Shown here: piece by piece, positions 46,677 to 49,397 of the stretch | Position numbering within the stretch: the first letter of the stretch is position 1 | Layout: every line of letters begins with the position of its first letter | NCBI GenBank assembly: GCA_964508365.1 | Contig: CAZDTP010000026.1 | Coordinates: forward strand, 1 to 49,397 | Direction of reading: 5' to 3' | Source: an uncultured archaeon | Lineage (GTDB): Archaea > Asgardarchaeota > Lokiarchaeia > Sigyniarchaeales > SOKP01 | Length of the DNA: 49,397 nucleotides | Program-made: the position numbers and the translations under genes | The notes under the pieces: model-generated | Seen by the model: only the letters and a program-made list of their open reading frames with translations | What the model was told of the DNA's origin: nothing | Database searches by the model: none

Positions 46677-47279
46677 ATGGATTCGTATGATAAATTACCT
46701 GATGCCGAAATTAAACCATTTGGAGAACTTTCAATTAAGTTTTTAGACTTAGGAATAAAAACCTTTGGGGAAGCTTGTGACTATGTGCATAAGATTGATT
46801 ACGGTTATAATACAAATTATGAAGATAAAATCATAATCTTTAAAGAAAGAAAAGGATCATGCACCTCCAAACATGCCGTTATCGCAGGTCTGGCGCAAGA
46901 ACTTAATATCCCGCTTTATAAACACGTCTGCGTGTATAAATTTACGGAGGAGATAACGGCCGGGGTTAACGAAATTCTAAAAAAATACGAAATTCCTTAT
47001 GTACCTATGGTTCATTGCTTTTTAGTGTATTATAAATATAAATTTGATCTTACAGAAGGTAATCACAACGGGAAAAAAAAACCTATAGACGAATGCATAC
47101 ACTCAGAAAGAGTCGATCCATTCATTAGTAGAAAAGACGAATATTTACTTTTTAAAAAAATATTAAAAGAAAAAGTTCTTCCATCCAAAGAAATGGAAGG
47201 AATAGTAGAAAAAACGCTACTAAAAGCAAGAGCGAAAAGCATCACTCTGTTGAAAAACTGCATTTCAGTGAAACCTTAG
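46677..47279 (+). CDS. Hypothetical protein with a transglutaminase-like Cys-His-Asp arrangement
   Basis: GSCTSKH, VHCFL, KFDLT in order. Confidence 0.6.
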   Translation: MDSYDKLPDAEIKPFGELSIKFLDLGIKTFGEACDYVHKIDYGYNTNYEDKIIIFKERKGSCTSKHAVIAGLAQELNIPLYKHVCVYKFTEEITAGVNEILKKYEIPYVPMVHCFLVYYKYKFDLTEGNHNGKKKPIDECIHSERVDPFISRKDEYLLFKKILKEKVLPSKEMEGIVEKTLLKARAKSITLLKNCISVKP

Positions 47280-47322
47280 TAAGTAGGGCAAAGTAATTAT
47301 AAGTTATCTTATTTTAATTATT

Positions 47323-48162
47323 ATGGAAATGGATAGAAAGGCGGAAGCTGAGGGTATCGTTGTTAATTATACGACAATGCCTAACACAATAACTTCTTTA
47401 AAACGCGATTTTGAAGCTCTTGGTGTGAAACCGGGGGCTATAATAATTATGCATAGTTCACTAAGTAAAATTGGCTGGACTGTTGGAGGACCAGTATCAG
47501 TTATTAGAGCTTTACTGCAAATCTTAACTCCCGAGGGCACTTTAGTAATGCCGACTTTTACCAGCGGCAACTCTGAACCATCTCAATGGCATCATCCCCC
47601 CGTACCTAAGGATTGGTGGGATACGATTAGAAAAGAGATGCCCGCTTTCGAACCAAGAATTACCCCCACTTTAGGAATGGGAAAAATTTCTGAAACTTTT
47701 AGAAATTGGCCTAATGTCCTAAGGAGTAATCACCCAACATCATCTTTTGCAGCATGGGGTAAAAATGCAAAAAAAATAACTAAAAATCACGAATTAATAG
47801 GAGATCTTGGCGAAGGATCCCCCATTTCGCGCCTATACGAACTTGATGCACAAATTTTATTGATAGGAGTTAATCATGAGAACAATTCATCCATACATCT
47901 TGCTGAATATAGAAGTGATTTTCCTGGTAAAAGATATAAAAAAACTGGATGCGCAATGCTAATAAATAATCAGAGAAAATGGGTAGAATGGGAAGATTTA
48001 GACGTCGATAGTGATGATTTTGCACAGCTTGGAGGAGACTTTGAATCAAACATCAATTACAAACCAGGCAAGATTGGATTAGCAGAAAGTCGATTGATTT
48101 CACTCCGTGCTATAGTAGACTTTGGAGTTCAGTGGCTAAAACAGAACCGAAAAATTCTTTAG
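47323..48162 (+). CDS. AAC(3)/YokD-family N-acetyltransferase
   Basis: IMHSSLSKIG, GTLVMPTFT, MGKISETFR, RSNHPTSSFAAWG, SSIHLAE. Confidence 0.92.
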   Translation: MEMDRKAEAEGIVVNYTTMPNTITSLKRDFEALGVKPGAIIIMHSSLSKIGWTVGGPVSVIRALLQILTPEGTLVMPTFTSGNSEPSQWHHPPVPKDWWDTIRKEMPAFEPRITPTLGMGKISETFRNWPNVLRSNHPTSSFAAWGKNAKKITKNHELIGDLGEGSPISRLYELDAQILLIGVNHENNSSIHLAEYRSDFPGKRYKKTGCAMLINNQRKWVEWEDLDVDSDDFAQLGGDFESNINYKPGKIGLAESRLISLRAIVDFGVQWLKQNRKIL

Positions 48163-48198
48163 TTTTACTATATAATTAAAAATTATGGTGTTTTTTAA

Positions 48199-49029
48199 AT
48201 GAAAATGATTAATGAAACTGCAATCATAACCGGTTCCACAAGTGGGATTGGGAAAAAAATAGCTGAATTATTCCTTAAAGAAGGATGTAAAGTAGCGATT
48301 TGCTCTCGAAATGAAACTAGTGTAAATCAAACTGTAGCAGAATTTAAAAAGCATTTTGGCGACTCAGTTATCGGTATGCCTTGTGATGTTTCTGATCCTA
48401 TTGCCGTTAAAAACCTTATTGACAAAACCATTGAAGCTTTTGGATCCATTCGTATCTTAGTAGCTAATGCTGGTGTGAACTTAACTTATGGACCCTTTCA
48501 ATGTTTAACACTTGAAAAGGTTAATTCAGACGCTAAAACAATCATTGGAATTAATTTAATTGGAGTATTAAATTCAATTTCAGCAGTATTACCCCAAATG
48601 ATTAAACAAAAATATGGGAGGATAATAACATTATCAGGTGGTGGAGCCGATAGACCAATGGAAAATATGACTATTTACTCTGCCTCTAAAGGAGGGGTTG
48701 TTGCATTTTCTCGATGTTTAGCAAAGGAGTTGGAAATGGGTGAAAATGATATCAAAATTAACATATTTCAACCAGGAATGGTATTGACAAATTTATATAA
48801 TGTAAAACTGATTGAAGCTTGGAAGGATAAGGAAACATTTTACTCTCAAATGGAATTATTGAAGAAATATGTTATGACGGATGTTGAAAAGAGCAGCATG
48901 ACAGTCATTCCATACGCATTACCAACATGCAAAAAAAATGGTAAATCTTTCAGGGGTTTTCCGCTTGCAAAGATGATTAGAGGATTTATGAAAGTATCAA
49001 AAGAAATGAAACACAGTAGTAGCACATGA
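48199..49029 (+). CDS. Short-chain dehydrogenase/reductase
   Basis: TGSTSGIG, NAG, catalytic YSASK. Confidence 0.93.
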   Translation: MKMINETAIITGSTSGIGKKIAELFLKEGCKVAICSRNETSVNQTVAEFKKHFGDSVIGMPCDVSDPIAVKNLIDKTIEAFGSIRILVANAGVNLTYGPFQCLTLEKVNSDAKTIIGINLIGVLNSISAVLPQMIKQKYGRIITLSGGGADRPMENMTIYSASKGGVVAFSRCLAKELEMGENDIKINIFQPGMVLTNLYNVKLIEAWKDKETFYSQMELLKKYVMTDVEKSSMTVIPYALPTCKKNGKSFRGFPLAKMIRGFMKVSKEMKHSSST

Positions 49030-49183
49030 AATGCGTAATTTTAAAACGGACTAGATATTTTCAAATAAATTAAAAAAAAAAAGATAAGGTTAGATAACAA
49101 TCGCAAAAAGAGTTTTTTACTAATTATTATTTACTACTTATTTTATTAAATTACATTTGTAGATTTATACTAACTCAGTTAAA

Positions 49184-49397
49184 CTAATAGCGATTTCGTC
49201 TGCCGCCGCCTCCGCCTCGATTATACGAGTTAAATTGAGGAGGAGCTTTCTCAGTTACGACAACATTGGAAGCTTGAGGGCCTTTTTGACCTTCAGTAAC
49301 TTCGAATTCAACCTTATCGTTTTCGTTTAATGTTTTGTATTCGTCATCTCCACCTGCTAATGCAGAGAAATGAACGAAAACATCGGTACCATCTTCA
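49184..49397 (-). CDS. csp: Cold-shock domain protein (5' end beyond window) with a Gly/Arg-rich tail
   Basis: Hand translation: ...[70 protein letters not shown]; RNP-2 VFVHF. Confidence 0.93.
   Translation of the reverse strand, partial: EDGTDVFVHFSALAGGDDEYKTLNENDKVEFEVTEGQKGPQASNVVVTEKAPPQFNSYNRGGGGGRRNRY

Noticed and set aside
47323-48162. Interpreting the AAC(3)-family gene as acquired antibiotic resistance
   Set aside because: YokD-like chromosomal homologs are widespread, and no integron, IS or compositional anomaly is visible here.

Overview
AT-rich chromosomal window that reads as an Asgard archaeon, most likely Lokiarchaeia. This is inferred from an archaeal histone, a ThiD-ThiN fusion, a Sm/Lsm protein, roadblock-fused small GTPases, longin-like domains, a RING-H2 protein and an IPGY-TM-basic C-terminal anchor. 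Ordinary metabolic genes (thiC, thiDN, LeuB-family dehydrogenase, tungsten AOR, glycerate kinase, DAP ammonia-lyase, ADP-forming acyl-CoA ligase alpha, GNATs, MFS, SDR) surround two clusters of eukaryote-like proteins. Cluster 1 (9290-16370): a RING-H2/TPR gene divergent from roadblock-RabGTPase-pseudoGTPase, a Rab-like GTPase, two 7TM-longin membrane proteins and a second roadblock-RabGTPase-pseudoGTPase; the two GTPase promoter regions I could compare share an identical 18-bp motif. Cluster 2 (29936-34409): a mu-adaptin-homology/Ig-fold protein, an FG-GAP/BBS2-like beta-propeller with a winged-helix tail, and a stand-alone longin, resembling a disassembled adaptor/coat. Features missing from the ORF track: a large S8 protease running off the left edge, a tRNA-Arg(CCT) with two introns (37/38 and 58/59), a zinc-ribbon microprotein, two pseudogene remnants (lpdA-like and ornithine cyclodeaminase-like) and a cold-shock gene with an RG-rich tail at the right edge. 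No CRISPR array, rRNA or transposase was seen. All domain calls are by-eye motif recognition; no database searches were run.
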